A DNA stretch of 64,000 nucleotides from positions 2,272,001 through 2,336,000 of the forward strand of contig OY760183.1 of assembly GCA_963663275.1 (NCBI GenBank). Reading direction: 5' to 3'. This DNA comes from Chloroflexota bacterium (GTDB taxonomy: Bacteria > Chloroflexota > UBA11872 > VXOZ01). The notes under the pieces are model-generated. The model made no database searches. It was not told where the DNA came from and saw only the letters and a program-made list of their open reading frames with translations. Shown here piece after piece: positions 9,093-19,074 of the stretch (its first letter is position 1; every line of letters starts with the position of its first letter). A program made the translations under genes and the position numbers.

Positions 9093-9562
9093 GACCGCAC
9101 AGCGGCGGTTTCGGTGATGGGTTTTCGGCGTAGTGGCGCGGGTCTACGCCCTTTCTCGCGCTGAGATACCTTAGAATTTTCTGAGAGAATTTTCCGGATC
9201 CCACGCCCGTGCTCGCTCCGCGCCCGGCGACCGGCGCGTCCGAGCGTGCTGGCTGCCGAAGCGTTGACGGCGATTTCCTCGCTTCAATCCAATCCCTCAG
9301 TAGGGAAATTGAGACCGGCGCGGCTTGTGTATGCATTGACCGACGTTTTCTATGTGCTTAATTGGAATCGCTCGTCTATGGGGCGCGTCGCGCCGTCCGG
9401 TTGCGCCGCCGGAGAGCAGATAGCACAATGCGCCGATGAGACCAAACAGCGGAAAGCCGGGCGCGTCTGCGCTACACTGGGAAGACGGCGGGCGCGGCGA
9501 GAGTGTGTGCGGCACAGGGAATGTCCCCAAGAGAGGCATTGGCCCCTCGCGCGGGGGAGCGC

Positions 9563-10762
9563 ATGTCGATTACGCTAGAGATCAAACAACTGGCGCGGGA
9601 ACTCGGCTTTACGCCGGTGGGCATCGCGCCCGCGCACCCGTTCACGGAGACTCGCGCCGCCGCCCGCGCGCGGCTGAAGGCGGGGCATCTCGACGGCATG
9701 TCGTGGTATACGGAGGCGCGCGTGGAGCGCGGCACCCGCCCGGCGTGGCTGCTGGCCGAGGCGCGCTCCATTGTTGCCCTGGCCTTGCCGTACAACGTGG
9801 GTGAGATGGCGCAGGAAGACCCTCGCCCCGGCGAACCCCTCGGCATCGTCTCCCGCTATGCCTGGGGCCGCGACTATCACAACGTGCTCAGGAAGAAGCT
9901 CAGGAAACTGGTTGCTTTCCTGGAGTCGAAACACGCCTCCGCGCGCTTCTTTGCGGATACCGGGCCTGTGCTCGACCGGGCGGCGGCGTTCCGCGCCGGC
10001 GTCGGCTGGTACGGCAAGAGCACGATGATACTCACGGAGGAGCAGGGCACGTGGGTCTTCCTGGCCGAGGTGATTACGGATCTCGCGCTGGAATACTCGA
10101 AGCCGCTGAAGAAGAATTGCGGCAGTTGCACGCGCTGCATCGACGCGTGTCCCACCGGCGCCATCGTCGCGCCCTACCAAGTTGACGCCCGCCGCTGCAT
10201 CGCCTATCTCACGATCGAGAATCGCGGCGGCATCCCGCGCGCGCTGCGGGCCCAGATGGGAACCCGGGTCTTTGGCTGCGACATCTGCCAGGAGGTCTGC
10301 CCGGTAAACCGCTACGCCCCGGCCGACGCCGATGAGGACTTTCTCCCCCGCCCGGGCGTTGGCCCCAGCATTCCGTTGCTGCCGTTGCTGGAGATTACGG
10401 AGGACGAATTCAGGAGCCGCTTTCAGGGCACGCCGCTCATGCGGGCCAAACGCGATGGCCTGCGGCGCAATGCCATCGTCGCCTTGGGCAACGCCGGCGA
10501 TGCGGCGGCGATTCCGGCCCTGCGCCGCGTGCTCCTGGATCCCGGCGAACCGCCTATGCTGCGCGGGCACGCGGCTTGGGCCCTGGGGCGTTTTCGCGCG
10601 CCTGCCGCGCTTGCGGCTTTGCAGCAGGCAAGAGCGGAAGCACTTGAATCCGAAGTCCGCGAGGAAGTTGACTATGCTTTGCGGCAGTACAAAGAGCGGG
10701 CAGGTGACATTCTCGTAGCAGCGGAGCCGGCAGCTTCCACGCCCCCAGCGCCGGAGGCATAG
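9563..10762 (+). CDS. queG: tRNA epoxyqueuosine(34) reductase QueG with C-terminal HEAT repeats
   Basis: VSRYAWGRDYH, DTGPVLDR, CGSCTRCIDACPT, CIAYLTIE, FGCDICQEVCP, RRNAIVALGN. Confidence 0.95.
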   Translation: MSITLEIKQLARELGFTPVGIAPAHPFTETRAAARARLKAGHLDGMSWYTEARVERGTRPAWLLAEARSIVALALPYNVGEMAQEDPRPGEPLGIVSRYAWGRDYHNVLRKKLRKLVAFLESKHASARFFADTGPVLDRAAAFRAGVGWYGKSTMILTEEQGTWVFLAEVITDLALEYSKPLKKNCGSCTRCIDACPTGAIVAPYQVDARRCIAYLTIENRGGIPRALRAQMGTRVFGCDICQEVCPVNRYAPADADEDFLPRPGVGPSIPLLPLLEITEDEFRSRFQGTPLMRAKRDGLRRNAIVALGNAGDAAAIPALRRVLLDPGEPPMLRGHAAWALGRFRAPAALAALQQARAEALESEVREEVDYALRQYKERAGDILVAAEPAASTPPAPEA

Positions 10763-10800
10763 AATCGCCCCGTTCCCGTCCGGCTCGCCCTATGCCTATG

Positions 10801-11096
10801 GAGACTCTTGTAAAACCCCTTCCCCATTGAGGACTGGCAGGGGTATGTACACTATAGTCAACTTCACATATCATTCCGAACGGAGCGCAGCGGAGAGAGG
10901 AATCTAAGGCGCAACCCTGCAAATCAGGATCTCTAGACTCCTCGCTGCGCTCGGAGTGACAATTGCATACCATTGTCAGCCCATCGAGGGAGAGAGTTGG
11001 GATGGGTGTGAGATGAGATTTCTCATGCCACCCATAGTTGCAAGAGCACCCTGGATTCCGGCGAAAGCCGGAATGACGGAGCTATGCAACGGTCTC
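10801..11096. mobile_element. Putative MITE-like non-autonomous element (copy 1) carrying nested palindromic repeats
   Basis: Imperfect terminal inverted repeats gagactcttgtaaa / tatgcaacggtctc. The right end ctggattccggcgaaagccggaatgacggagc...tgcaa is shared with 58243-58288. Confidence 0.5.
10870..10961. repeat. REP-like palindromic element (gtcattccgagcg...gaggaatct / agactcctcgctgcgctcggagtgac family)
   Basis: Long imperfect inverted repeat in the convergent queG/ferredoxin gap. Confidence 0.75.
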
Positions 11097-11146
11097 CTGA
11101 GAGACTCGAATGGTAGGGGTGGACCGGCAGGCTCCCTGGACTGCGC

Positions 11147-11623
11147 TCAGGAATCGATCTCGTCATTCCAGCGGATGACGGTGAAGGGATCGTGGACGAA
11201 GTGCTCGACGACCCGGTTCTTGTCCAGGTGTTCGGAGACGATCGTGCGCACGTCGCGGGGCATGATCCGGCAGTAGAACGTGCCCTCCGGGAACACCTGC
11301 ACCGCCGGGGCGCGCGAACACTGGCTAAGGCAGGTTGATGTATAGACCTCAACCCGCTTCTTCAGTTTGTGCCGCTCGATCTGCTTCTTGAGTTCCGTCA
11401 GGATGCCTCGGCTCTTCTGTTCGCTGCAGGAGGAGCCGATGCAGACGAAGATGCGTCGCGGGCGCTCGATCGCGCCGTCATGAAACGCATCGACGCTATC
11501 GAGGTCGTTCGGGTCTGCTGTGCCCCGCGTTGAGGTGTCTGCGGCGAAACCGGCACGGTCGCGCCGGCCGCGCCTTGGCGGTTCGCGGTAATCATCATCG
11601 GGTGCGGATTCGTCATCGTCCAT
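11147..11623 (-). CDS. Thioredoxin-like [2Fe-2S] ferredoxin with a disordered acidic N-terminal extension
   Basis: IFVCIGSSC...STCLSQCSRAPAVQVFPEGTFY...IVSEHL; ATG with AAGGA SD. Confidence 0.85.
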   Translation of the reverse strand: MDDDESAPDDDYREPPRRGRRDRAGFAADTSTRGTADPNDLDSVDAFHDGAIERPRRIFVCIGSSCSEQKSRGILTELKKQIERHKLKKRVEVYTSTCLSQCSRAPAVQVFPEGTFYCRIMPRDVRTIVSEHLDKNRVVEHFVHDPFTVIRWNDEIDS

Positions 11624-11690
11624 AGTGTAGTCCTTCGACCCCTGCGACACGGTCAGGGGAAACGATTCGGTTGCTCTTTCGCCGGCCTGG

Positions 11691-11849
11691 TTAATCCCAG
11701 CCGGCCGCGCGTTCATCCAATTCGGAGGGCAACAGCCCCACGCCCTTCTTCTCCCAGAGCGTAGGTTTCCTCCAGGTAGCGTTGCACGCCCGCCGCAGCG
11801 GGACAAGACTTGGACGCGCGGGCTCTTGCTCCCGCTTCTTCCAGTTCAT
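11691..11849 (-). CDS. Possible 52-aa small protein upstream of the ferredoxin
   Basis: ATG-initiated ORF MNWKKREQ...GWD lying between a promoter (11903-11932) and the ferredoxin; weak SD. Confidence 0.3.
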   Translation of the reverse strand: MNWKKREQEPARPSLVPLRRACNATWRKPTLWEKKGVGLLPSELDERAAGWD

Positions 11850-11902
11850 GGCGTAAACTTCGCCAAACGCCCCGACCCGGCCTCCGGCGCTTGTTGCCGT
11901 TA

Positions 11903-11932
11903 AGTATAGCGTTCTCACGACCGGACTGTAAA
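11903..11932 (-). promoter_or_regulatory. Sigma70-type promoter divergent from nadB
   Basis: TTTACA-18 bp-TATACT on the minus strand. Confidence 0.5.
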
Positions 11933-12083
11933 CAGCGCATTTCGAATTAGCAATCGGATGCGCGGGCGCAAGGGAGAGGATGCCAGCGACGCGGCGCGCC
12001 GGAACAGGGAGCGGTACCGCGCCGTAGGCTTGCGGTTGAGGCAAGCGTCACAGTCGAGTATCTTAACCAACAACGTACACGCC

Positions 12084-13688
12084 ATGGCGTTCTTGCCAGG
12101 AGAAGCCGTCATCACCTTCGACTACATAGTCATCGGCAGCGGCATCGCGGGTCTCTATGCCGCGCACTACGCGCGTCAATTTGGGTCTGTGCTCATTCTG
12201 ACGAAGGGCAGCCTCTCCCAGTCAAACACCCGCTACGCCCAGGGCGGCGTGGCGGCGGCGGTGGCCGCCGAGGATAGTCCGGCGCTCCATTGGCGGGACA
12301 CGATGGTTGCGGGCGCGGGGCTGTGCGACCCCCGCGCCGTGATGATACTGGTTTCCGAGGGCCCCGCGTGCGTGCGCGAACTGATGACCTTGGGCGTCAA
12401 CTTCGACACGCTGCACGGCGAGTTGACGTTGGCAAAGGAGGGAGCGCACTCGGCGGCGCGGGTGCTGCACGCGCGCGGCGACGCCACCGGCGCGGAAATC
12501 GAGGGCGCGCTCACCCGGCACACGCGCCGCTCGGCCGTGACGATTCGCGAAGGCCACCTGGCGACCAAACTGCTCGTGCAGGGAGACCGCTGCGTCGGGG
12601 TCGAGGCGCTGGACGAACGCGAAGGAACATTCCACACCTTTCACTCCCGCAACGTGATTCTCTGCTCAGGCGGCGCCGGCCAGCTTTTTGCCTACACGAC
12701 AAATCCCGGCATTGCCACAGGCGACGGCGTCGCGCTGGCATTCGCGGCCGGGGCGGGCATCGCGGACATGGAGTTCTTCCAGTTCCATCCTACCGCCCTG
12801 CGCATGGCGGGCGCGCCGTCCTTCCTGATCTCCGAGGCGGTGCGCGGCGCGGGCGCCCACCTGCGCAATAGCAACCGGGAACGCTTCATGCCGCGCTACC
12901 ACGCGCTGGCCGAGCTAGCGCCCCGGGACGTGGTGGCGCGCGCCGCCGTGCGCGAGATGGCGCGCACGCGGGGCGACTGCGTCTACCTGGACCTGCGACA
13001 CCTGGATCCGGCGGAGACCCGCACCCACTTTCCCACGATTCACGCGCGCTGCCGGAAGTACGGCATCGACATAACACGCGAACTCATTCCCGTAGCCCCG
13101 GCGGCGCACTACATGACCGGCGGCGTGCTCACCGATTACTGCGGGCGCACCGCCGTTCCCGGCCTCTACGCCTGCGGCGAGGTGGCCTGCACCGGCGTGC
13201 ACGGCGCCAACCGCCTGGCGAGCAATTCGCTGCTCGAGGCGCTTGTATTCGCGCGGCGCATCGTGCTCAGTTCGCAGGGCCAATCCGTAGAGGAGTACGC
13301 CCTGCCGCGCCGGCGGGAATCCGACCTGGCGGCCAATACGCGCCTTGTCATCGATGTGCCCCAAGCGCCGGTGGGACGCAAGCGCGCCGGCGGCGCGATG
13401 CCTGCGCTCAAGCGGCTGATGTGGCACAATGCAGGCATCGCGCGTGACGAGCAGGGCCTGGGGGAAGCGGAAGCGCAGTTGCGGGAATGGCTGGCGCGCG
13501 CTCCATTCGGGGCTACCCGCCGCCGGCATGAGTACCGCTCCGCGCTGCTGCTGGGGCTGCTATTGACCGCCGCGGCGCGGGCGCGCACGGAGAGCCGGGG
13601 CGCGCACTACCGGGAAGACTATCCGGATGCCAGCGACGCCTGGCGGCATCGCGTGGTTATCTATCCGAAGAAGACCGGCGCCGCCTAA
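12084..13688 (+). CDS. nadB: L-aspartate oxidase
   Basis: IGSGIAGL, SNTRYAQGG, EGAHS, QFHPT, LISEAVRG, LAPRDVVARA, HYMTGG, GVHGANRLASNSLLE, ESRGAHYR. Start uncertain (ATG 12084 or ATC 12111). Confidence 0.95.
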   Translation: MAFLPGEAVITFDYIVIGSGIAGLYAAHYARQFGSVLILTKGSLSQSNTRYAQGGVAAAVAAEDSPALHWRDTMVAGAGLCDPRAVMILVSEGPACVRELMTLGVNFDTLHGELTLAKEGAHSAARVLHARGDATGAEIEGALTRHTRRSAVTIREGHLATKLLVQGDRCVGVEALDEREGTFHTFHSRNVILCSGGAGQLFAYTTNPGIATGDGVALAFAAGAGIADMEFFQFHPTALRMAGAPSFLISEAVRGAGAHLRNSNRERFMPRYHALAELAPRDVVARAAVREMARTRGDCVYLDLRHLDPAETRTHFPTIHARCRKYGIDITRELIPVAPAAHYMTGGVLTDYCGRTAVPGLYACGEVACTGVHGANRLASNSLLEALVFARRIVLSSQGQSVEEYALPRRRESDLAANTRLVIDVPQAPVGRKRAGGAMPALKRLMWHNAGIARDEQGLGEAEAQLREWLARAPFGATRRRHEYRSALLLGLLLTAAARARTESRGAHYREDYPDASDAWRHRVVIYPKKTGAA

Positions 13689-13755
13689 GTCCTCAGCGCA
13701 AGAGTAGAAACGCGCGGCAGGATGCCGGGCCGGTTGCGTCGCGACGGAGACTGTC

Positions 13756-14610
13756 ATGTCAACGCCCGAACTGCCATTCTCCCAGGCCCACGTGAACGCT
13801 CTCCTGCGGCGCGCTCTGGCGGAGGACGTGGGCGCGGGCGACGTGACGACCGAGGCGCTCGTGCCACCGGAACTGCCGGGGGCGGCGGCCGCCTATGCCA
13901 AGCAGGCGGGCGTGCTGGCGGGTAACTCGATTGCCGCGCGGGTCTTTACCCTCTTGGACGGCAGCGTGGAAACGACTGCGCTGCTTGCCGACGGCCAGGC
14001 GCTCACACCGGGCACACCGTTTCTGCGCGTAAACGGCTCGATGCGGGCAATTCTCACCGGAGAGCGCGTGGCGCTCAACCTGCTGCGACACCTCTCCGGC
14101 ATTGCCACGCTCACGCGGGCGTTCGTGGACGCCGTGGAGGGCACAGGCGCGCAGATCGTCGATACGCGCAAGACGACGCCGGGTCTGCGGCTCTTCGAGA
14201 AGTACGCGGTGCGCATGGGCGGCGGCCGCAATCACCGCATCGGGCTGTTCGACGGCGTGCTCATCAAGGATAACCACATCGCCGCATGCGGCTCCATCGC
14301 CAACGCCGTAGAACGGGCCAAGTCCTCGGTTCACCACCTGCTCAAGGTCCAGATAGAAGCAGAAACCCTGGAGCAGGTAGCGGAAGCGCTCGCGGCGGGC
14401 GCGGACGGCATCTTGCTGGATAACATGCCGCCGGAGATTATGGCGCGGGCCGCCGCGATGGCTCGAGGCAGGGCGTTTACGGAGGCTTCAGGCGGTATTA
14501 CCCTTGAAACGGTGAGGGATGCCGCGCAGAGTGGTGTAGACTTGATCTCGGTAGGCATGTTGACCCACTCGACGGCAGCCTTAGACATCAGCTTGGATAT
14601 AGAAGGGTAG
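13756..14610 (+). CDS. nadC: Nicotinate-nucleotide diphosphorylase (carboxylating)
   Basis: ED..GDVTT, ERVALN, DTRKTTPGLR, HRIGLFDGVLIKDNH, LLDNM, EASGGI. Confidence 0.96.
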   Translation: MSTPELPFSQAHVNALLRRALAEDVGAGDVTTEALVPPELPGAAAAYAKQAGVLAGNSIAARVFTLLDGSVETTALLADGQALTPGTPFLRVNGSMRAILTGERVALNLLRHLSGIATLTRAFVDAVEGTGAQIVDTRKTTPGLRLFEKYAVRMGGGRNHRIGLFDGVLIKDNHIAACGSIANAVERAKSSVHHLLKVQIEAETLEQVAEALAAGADGILLDNMPPEIMARAAAMARGRAFTEASGGITLETVRDAAQSGVDLISVGMLTHSTAALDISLDIEG

Positions 14611-14620
14611 TTGCAGCGCC

Positions 14621-14992
14621 TTGAAACGGAACGAAGCCACGGCTCTGGTTTTCGAACGGCAGTACCGCACCCCATCCTCGGAAGGGTATCGCGCGTTGAG
14701 GAACGGCGCGCGGCTGGCGCATGTTGAGTTGCACTTTGCCCACGCGGTGGTCTACTGCACGTTGATATTGTTCCAAGACCTCAGCGAGCACGAGCAGTTC
14801 GCCGTCATCGAGGCGATCGACGATCAACTGGTTCTCTCCGCCGAGGTGGCGCGGGAGGACCTGATGGTGACCGTGTTCAAGGGCCGGGAAATTGGATTCT
14901 ACAACGACGACATGTTCAGCCACGCGCACGCCGAGGAGCAGAGAGGGAACGCGCCGCCAAGCGTGGATGACCCAGGTTCGATCGGCAATTAG
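14621..14992 (+). CDS. Conserved hypothetical protein (FERQxRTPxSE type)
   Basis: Co-oriented 10 bp after nadC with globular composition. Resembles, from memory, a small uncharacterised family seen in Chloroflexota. Confidence 0.7.
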   Translation: MKRNEATALVFERQYRTPSSEGYRALRNGARLAHVELHFAHAVVYCTLILFQDLSEHEQFAVIEAIDDQLVLSAEVAREDLMVTVFKGREIGFYNDDMFSHAHAEEQRGNAPPSVDDPGSIGN

Positions 14993-15056
14993 CGGTCCGA
15001 CAATGTGGTGGCGGCGGGCGCTTGGCTTGTCGTCGCTGTTCGGCAGTGGGGGAACC

Positions 15057-15194
15057 GGGCGCAGGTTAGAGACTTACGCTACCGGAGTAGGGCGAGATAC
15101 TACGCTGTCAGGGCGCAGGTTGAAAGCGTACGCTACCGGAACATGGTGAGAGCCTACGCTGCCAGGGCGCAGGTTGGAAACCTACGCTACCGGA
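15057..15194. repeat. Degenerate 54-bp tandem repeat (about 2.5 units) of a gcaggtt...acctacgctacc REP-like motif
   Basis: gcaggtt recurs at 15061, 15115 and 15169; related to intact hairpins at about 24522 and 24719. Confidence 0.8.
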
Positions 15195-15247
15195 GGCGCT
15201 GGGCGCGACTGGGCCAAGAGTGACGGTTTCCGTGAAGGGATTGGCAG

Positions 15248-15895
15248 CTAGGGTGTCGCTATGGACTCGAGCGAGCCTTCCAGCGCCAGCAGGCGTTCCT
15301 TCCAGGGCAGACCCCGGGTGTACCCGCCAAAGCTGCCGTCGCTGGCGATCACGCGATGGCACGGCACGATGACCGGAAGCGGATTCTGTCCCAGCGCATT
15401 GCCAACGGCCCGGTAGGCTTGCGGACGTCCAATGCGCTTGGCGATGTCCCGATAGGTCGCGAGACTGCCGTACCGGATTGTCTGGGTCTCCTCCCATACC
15501 GCTCGCTGGAACGGCGTGCCGCTCAAGGCGACGGCGACGCGAAAGCCCGCGTCCCGGCCCGCGAAGAACGCCAGCAGTTCGCGCACGGCGGCTTCCGCTA
15601 CGCGCTCCGCGCCGCCGCCGTTGTCCGCGTCTTCTACGACGCGGCCGGATTCCAGTTTCTCTTCCAGCGCCTTACCGGCTTCCAACGCGTTGTCGTGTCC
15701 GAAGGTAGCCGCGCAGACGCCGCGCGGCGTGGCCGCTACCGCGAACCAGCCCCACTCCCGCTCCGCCTCCGCCAAACGCACGGCACAGCCCTTAACGGCT
15801 AACCGATGCGCGTTGGCAACGCGAGAACGCTGAGCGTTTGGCGGCTGTGCAGTAATGCTTTCCATAGAGATCCTCTCGAAGTGCGCAATCTCCAT
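15248..15895 (-). CDS. ogt: Methylated-DNA--protein-cysteine methyltransferase
   Basis: GTPFQRAVW, RAVGNALGQNP, active site IVPCHRVI, KERLLALE. Start uncertain. Confidence 0.92.
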   Translation of the reverse strand: MEIAHFERISMESITAQPPNAQRSRVANAHRLAVKGCAVRLAEAEREWGWFAVAATPRGVCAATFGHDNALEAGKALEEKLESGRVVEDADNGGGAERVAEAAVRELLAFFAGRDAGFRVAVALSGTPFQRAVWEETQTIRYGSLATYRDIAKRIGRPQAYRAVGNALGQNPLPVIVPCHRVIASDGSFGGYTRGLPWKERLLALEGSLESIATP

Positions 15896-15930
15896 TACGA
15901 TGAATGTGCCCGGCTAACGCGGAGCCGTTC

Positions 15931-16875
<945 letters not shown>

Positions 16876-17135
16876 TGTGGCGCCTTCACCCTTCTGAAAC
16901 CGCTACACGAAACTCTTCACACCAGTATACACGCCGCAATTGCCGGTCTACCGTTTGCGCTGAGCGCCTCGACAAACCCAGTACAGCCCTGCTGATGCGG
17001 CGCGAGCAGCCGGCGGCCATTGCGCTTGCCCCCGCGTTCGTAGAATCCGAGCCTGTGCGCGGCGCGCGGCTTGCTTACCTCTATTGTAGCCACTATGCTG
17101 AAGAAAAGCTGAGAAAGAGCTGAAGGAGCAGCATA

Positions 17136-17918
17136 GTGACCGTTGAAAAGATCGGCCTGCGGCGCAGAATTGCACGCAATGAAACTCTGTACGGCGTGTT
17201 CGTGGACGCGCCGACGATCTCCCACGTGGAGACGCTCGCCATCGCGGGTTTCGACTTTGTCATACTCGATCAGGAACATGGGCACATCAACGCCGAAAGC
17301 CTGGTGCATCTGGTGAGCGCCTGCGATCACTTTGGCATCGCCTCCCTGGTGCGCATTCCCACGCTGGCTTCCTGGCTGATCGGCCCCGCCCTTGACTGCG
17401 GCGCGACCGGCGTGCAGGTGCCGTTCGTATCCACTGCCGCCGAGGCCGAAGCCGCGGTTGCCGCCGCGCGGTTCGCGCCCGACGGCGAGCGCGGCGTGCA
17501 CATCTTCTTGCGCGGCGGTCAGTATGGCGCGCTGGGCGCGGAAGGATTCTTCAAGACCTGCAACGAGAACCAGGCAGTCGTGCTCCAGGTGGAAGGCGCA
17601 CAGGGTGTGGAAAACCTGGAGGCGATCGCCGCCGTGCCCGGCTACGACTCGATCTTCATCGGCCCCTACGACCTCTCCCAGTCGCTTGGGGTCGCCGGTC
17701 AGACCGGGCATCCGAGCGTCGTGGAGGTGATCGAGCGGACGATTGCGCTCTGCGGGCAACACGGCAAGGTGGTTGGCACGTTCGTGAACACCCCTGAGGA
17801 TGCGGCCGTGTGGGCCCAGCGCGGCGTGCGGATGATTTCCGTTTCTTGCGACACCAACATCTTCTATCGGGCGTGCACCGACTTGCGCCAAGCCATCGCC
17901 GACGCTGCGGGCGCGTAG
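17136..17918 (+). CDS. HpcH/HpaI family aldolase
   Basis: LDQEHG, LDCGATGV, QVE, FIGPYDLS motifs; GTG with AAGGAG SD. Confidence 0.9.
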   Translation: MTVEKIGLRRRIARNETLYGVFVDAPTISHVETLAIAGFDFVILDQEHGHINAESLVHLVSACDHFGIASLVRIPTLASWLIGPALDCGATGVQVPFVSTAAEAEAAVAAARFAPDGERGVHIFLRGGQYGALGAEGFFKTCNENQAVVLQVEGAQGVENLEAIAAVPGYDSIFIGPYDLSQSLGVAGQTGHPSVVEVIERTIALCGQHGKVVGTFVNTPEDAAVWAQRGVRMISVSCDTNIFYRACTDLRQAIADAAGA

Positions 17919-17927
17919 GTGGGCCGC

Positions 17928-18806
17928 TCAGAGCGGTACGCGCAGGAACTCTCGGCCCAGGATGATTTCGCCGCTGAATTCGGTAGCAACCTCAGCTACC
18001 GCGCGTTCTGCCCGCCCCGGTTGCGGCGGGCCGAGCGTCTCCGCGCCAATGGCGTGGGTGTGGTGCACCAGCACCAGACGCTTGACGCCTGCCGCTTGCG
18101 CCACCTGGCCGGCGGTGATCGTGCCAAGATTGGAGTCCAACTCCTCCGCTCGCACCTCTGCGCGAGCCTTGTGGCACATTGCCACCAGCGTGTCGGCGCC
18201 TTTCGCCAGGGTTATCAGGTCTTCACTGGGGCCGGCATCGCCGGTGAAGACGATGGAACCCTCGCCGCTATCGAGACGATAGGCGAGCGATTCCAGCCAC
18301 GGCTGCACGTGCCGGGTGGCGGCGCACGTCACCTCCCAGCCGCCGCCGGAGCACACTGGACCGGGCGCAACGTCACGCGCGGACACCACCGGCGGCGTGC
18401 GCGGCAGTGTCCCGCCGCGCTGCCGGAAGCCCCGCGCGCTCACCGGATGATTGATGCGCGCGCGTACGTCCGGGGCAAACGCGCCGGTTTCCGGGTCTAT
18501 GAGCCGCGCCGTAAGCTGCCCGGTGTACTCCGGGCCAAAGACCCGCAATTGCTCCACCTCGCCGTAGCCGGTATCCCAGCGCGAGAGCAGGAAGCCCCCA
18601 TAGTCCGCGTTGTGGTCGTAGTGATGGTGCGTGAAGAAGACGTAGCCAATCTCCGCTGGCGCTATGCCCATCTTGAGCAGCTTGTACGTGGTCGCCGGCC
18701 CGCAGTCGAACAGCAGGCGCTCCGCGCCCACGCTCACCACGTAGGCAGAGCCATACTGGGTGGCGCTCAAGCCCGGGGTTCCGCAACCGAGAATTGTCAA
18801 CTCCAT
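17928..18806 (-). CDS. MBL-fold metallohydrolase (RNase Z/AtsA-like)
   Basis: LGCGTP, LFDCG, THHHYDHNAD metal motif, FTGD, LVHH. Confidence 0.88.
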   Translation of the reverse strand: MELTILGCGTPGLSATQYGSAYVVSVGAERLLFDCGPATTYKLLKMGIAPAEIGYVFFTHHHYDHNADYGGFLLSRWDTGYGEVEQLRVFGPEYTGQLTARLIDPETGAFAPDVRARINHPVSARGFRQRGGTLPRTPPVVSARDVAPGPVCSGGGWEVTCAATRHVQPWLESLAYRLDSGEGSIVFTGDAGPSEDLITLAKGADTLVAMCHKARAEVRAEELDSNLGTITAGQVAQAAGVKRLVLVHHTHAIGAETLGPPQPGRAERAVAEVATEFSGEIILGREFLRVPL

Positions 18807-18916
18807 CGCCGTCTCCATGCGCGTCCGGCCAATTTCAAGGGCGATTAAGGATGTTCTTCTACTTAGGCGCGTGCGAGCCGGTAGGACTGCCTATCCAAGC
18901 GTGTCGTGGGAAGATT

Positions 18917-18950
18917 CCCCCTCACCCTAACCCTCTCCCCCAGGAGAGGG
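18917..18950. repeat. REP-like element (ccctcaccctaaccctctccc...ggagaggg)
   Basis: Intergenic hairpin ccctctcc/ggagaggg preceded by ccctcaccctaa. Confidence 0.65.
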
Positions 18951-19074
18951 AATGGAAAGACCGTGAATTCGTGAGATGGCTCCCTTTGGCACTAGAGTAG
19001 GGAATGGCGGCGGGCGCAGTTCTTGACCCAATACTACCGGCGCTATTACTCATCGATTCACCCGGCTTAGACTG

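Noticed and set aside
9295-9560. Cobalamin riboswitch upstream of B12-dependent queG
   Set aside because: Only isolated AGGGAA and CACTGGGAAG words are present. The rest of the conserved core and the 3' AGYCAGRAGACC element could not be found; an Rfam scan would settle it.
15057-15194. Possible mini-CRISPR (30-bp repeat with 24-bp spacers)
   Set aside because: The repeats are degenerate and the two 'spacers' are homologous to each other, so it is a tandem repeat.
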